The notes under the pieces are model-generated. The model was not told the DNA's origin and searched no databases. It saw only the letters and a program-made list of their open reading frames with translations. DNA of 64,000 nucleotides from an uncultured Pseudomonadota bacterium (GTDB taxonomy: Bacteria; Pseudomonadota; Alphaproteobacteria; Rhizobiales; Xanthobacteraceae): the NCBI GenBank assembly GCA_963707705.1, contig CAVPRD010000003.1, positions 10,306 through 74,305 of the forward strand. Reading direction: 5' to 3'. Below are positions 62,924 to 64,000 of the stretch, piece after piece; position 1 is the first letter of the stretch, and each line of letters begins with the position of its first letter. The translations under genes were made by a program, and so were the position numbers.

Positions 62924-63256
62924 TCAGCCTTCGTCCTTGACCGGCTCGCCCTTGGCGCGCACGTCGCTAATCATCTGCCGCATCTGCCGGATCTTCACTC
63001 CGTCAGAAACCTCCATCTCGAGTTGGTCGTCGTCCACCACTTTGGTGACCTTGCCGACCAGCCCGCCGGAGGTCACGACGGTGTCGCCGCGGCGCACATT
63101 CTTCACCATCTCCTGATGCATCTTCACCCGCTTCTGCTGCGGACGCAGGATCAGAAAATACATGATGACGAAAATCAGGACGAACGGGAGCAACGACACC
63201 AGCATCGAATTGGTGTCGCCGCCTAGGGCCTGCGCATAAGCGGGCGTAATCAGCAT
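62924..63256 (-). CDS. yajC: Preprotein translocase subunit YajC
   Basis: IMYFLILRPQQKR, GDTVVTSGGLVGKV. Confidence 0.96.
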   Translation of the reverse strand: MLITPAYAQALGGDTNSMLVSLLPFVLIFVIMYFLILRPQQKRVKMHQEMVKNVRRGDTVVTSGGLVGKVTKVVDDDQLEMEVSDGVKIRQMRQMISDVRAKGEPVKDEG

Positions 63257-63459
63257 CGAACGGCCTCATTGAGCGTGTCGTTCGGCACGCGCTTCGCGCC
63301 CGAAAACGGCGCGGACTATAGCGTTCGCGGCCCCAATTGCAATGATATGGGGAGCGCCGGCCAAGATGCCGCAATCGCAAAGCAAATCGCTGGTCTTGCA
63401 GGCTTTTTTGCGCCCAGCTAAGGGTGCGCGGATGCGAAGATCAAAGGACCTGCTGCCGC

Positions 63460-64000
63460 ATGCGTAAAGCCAGAAAGCCTGCCAAACCGGCTCGGACCGG
63501 CCGGCCGCAGCCCGCCAACTCTTACGATACGCTGAACCGAATCGCCACGGCCCTGGAGCGGCTGTCGCCTAGTCCGTACGCGCGCACCGACTTCAAGGCC
63601 GCGGATGCCTTCGTTTGGCAGGCGGACGGCCACAGGCTCACACCGGTCCCGCACGTCAACCGGATGGACCTTGCCCTGCTCAAGGGCATCGACCGCATGC
63701 GCGATACCCTGATCGAGAACACCGAAAGGTTCGCCAAAGGGCTGCCTGCCAACAATGCCCTGCTCTGGGGCGCGCGCGGCATGGGCAAGTCGTCGCTGGT
63801 CAAGGCCGCCCATGCCAGCGTCAACGCCTCTTCGAAGAAATCCGGCAGCCTCAAGCTGATCGAAATTCATCGTGAGGATATCGAGAGCCTGCCGGCGCTG
63901 ATGGCGATGCTGCGCGATGCGCCCTATCGCTTCATTGTGTTTTGCGACGACCTCTCGTTCGACGGCGACGACACCACCTACAAGTCCCTGAAGGCGGTGC
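63460..64000 (+). CDS. AAA+ ATPase (DUF815-like), runs off the window end
   Basis: AAAGGA RBS; NNALLWGARGMGKSSLVKA Walker A; FIVFCDDLSF Walker B. Confidence 0.9.
   Translation, partial: MRKARKPAKPARTGRPQPANSYDTLNRIATALERLSPSPYARTDFKAADAFVWQADGHRLTPVPHVNRMDLALLKGIDRMRDTLIENTERFAKGLPANNALLWGARGMGKSSLVKAAHASVNASSKKSGSLKLIEIHREDIESLPALMAMLRDAPYRFIVFCDDLSFDGDDTTYKSLKAV

Overview
The window looks like two unrelated pieces of DNA joined at about 4275-4282. Bases 1-4280 resemble Acidobacteria (Vicinamibacteria-like): a PD40/TolB beta-propeller gene end, a highly structured 170-nt intergenic element, and a secreted propeller + CBM6 protein. Bases 4280-64000 are core chromosome of an alphaproteobacterium of the Hyphomicrobiales (Rhizobiales): ribD-nrdR-glyA-ldtP-ldtR, valine catabolism genes, hemB, parC, recO-era-rnc-lepB-acpS-pdxJ-relA-rpoZ, slt-dapA-smpB, a Tat-signal Mn-SOD, the porin/tRNA-Ser locus, gatCAB, trmFO and yajC-secDF. 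The main accessory feature is at 38243-44274. A full-length RopA/Omp2b-type porin and a promoterless 3' half-copy with different loop sequences lie as direct repeats 4.4 kb apart. They flank a degraded phage-derived segment that holds an HK97-type major capsid gene. This layout fits a phage-linked porin C-terminal swap (receptor conversion), but an assembly artifact is not excluded. Six otherwise intact genes carry single +1 insertions, which points to long-read consensus error. Several small genes missed by the ORF track were found: a 25-aa Lys-rich peptide and a DUF1127 protein. No CRISPR array, rRNA, integrase or transposase was seen.
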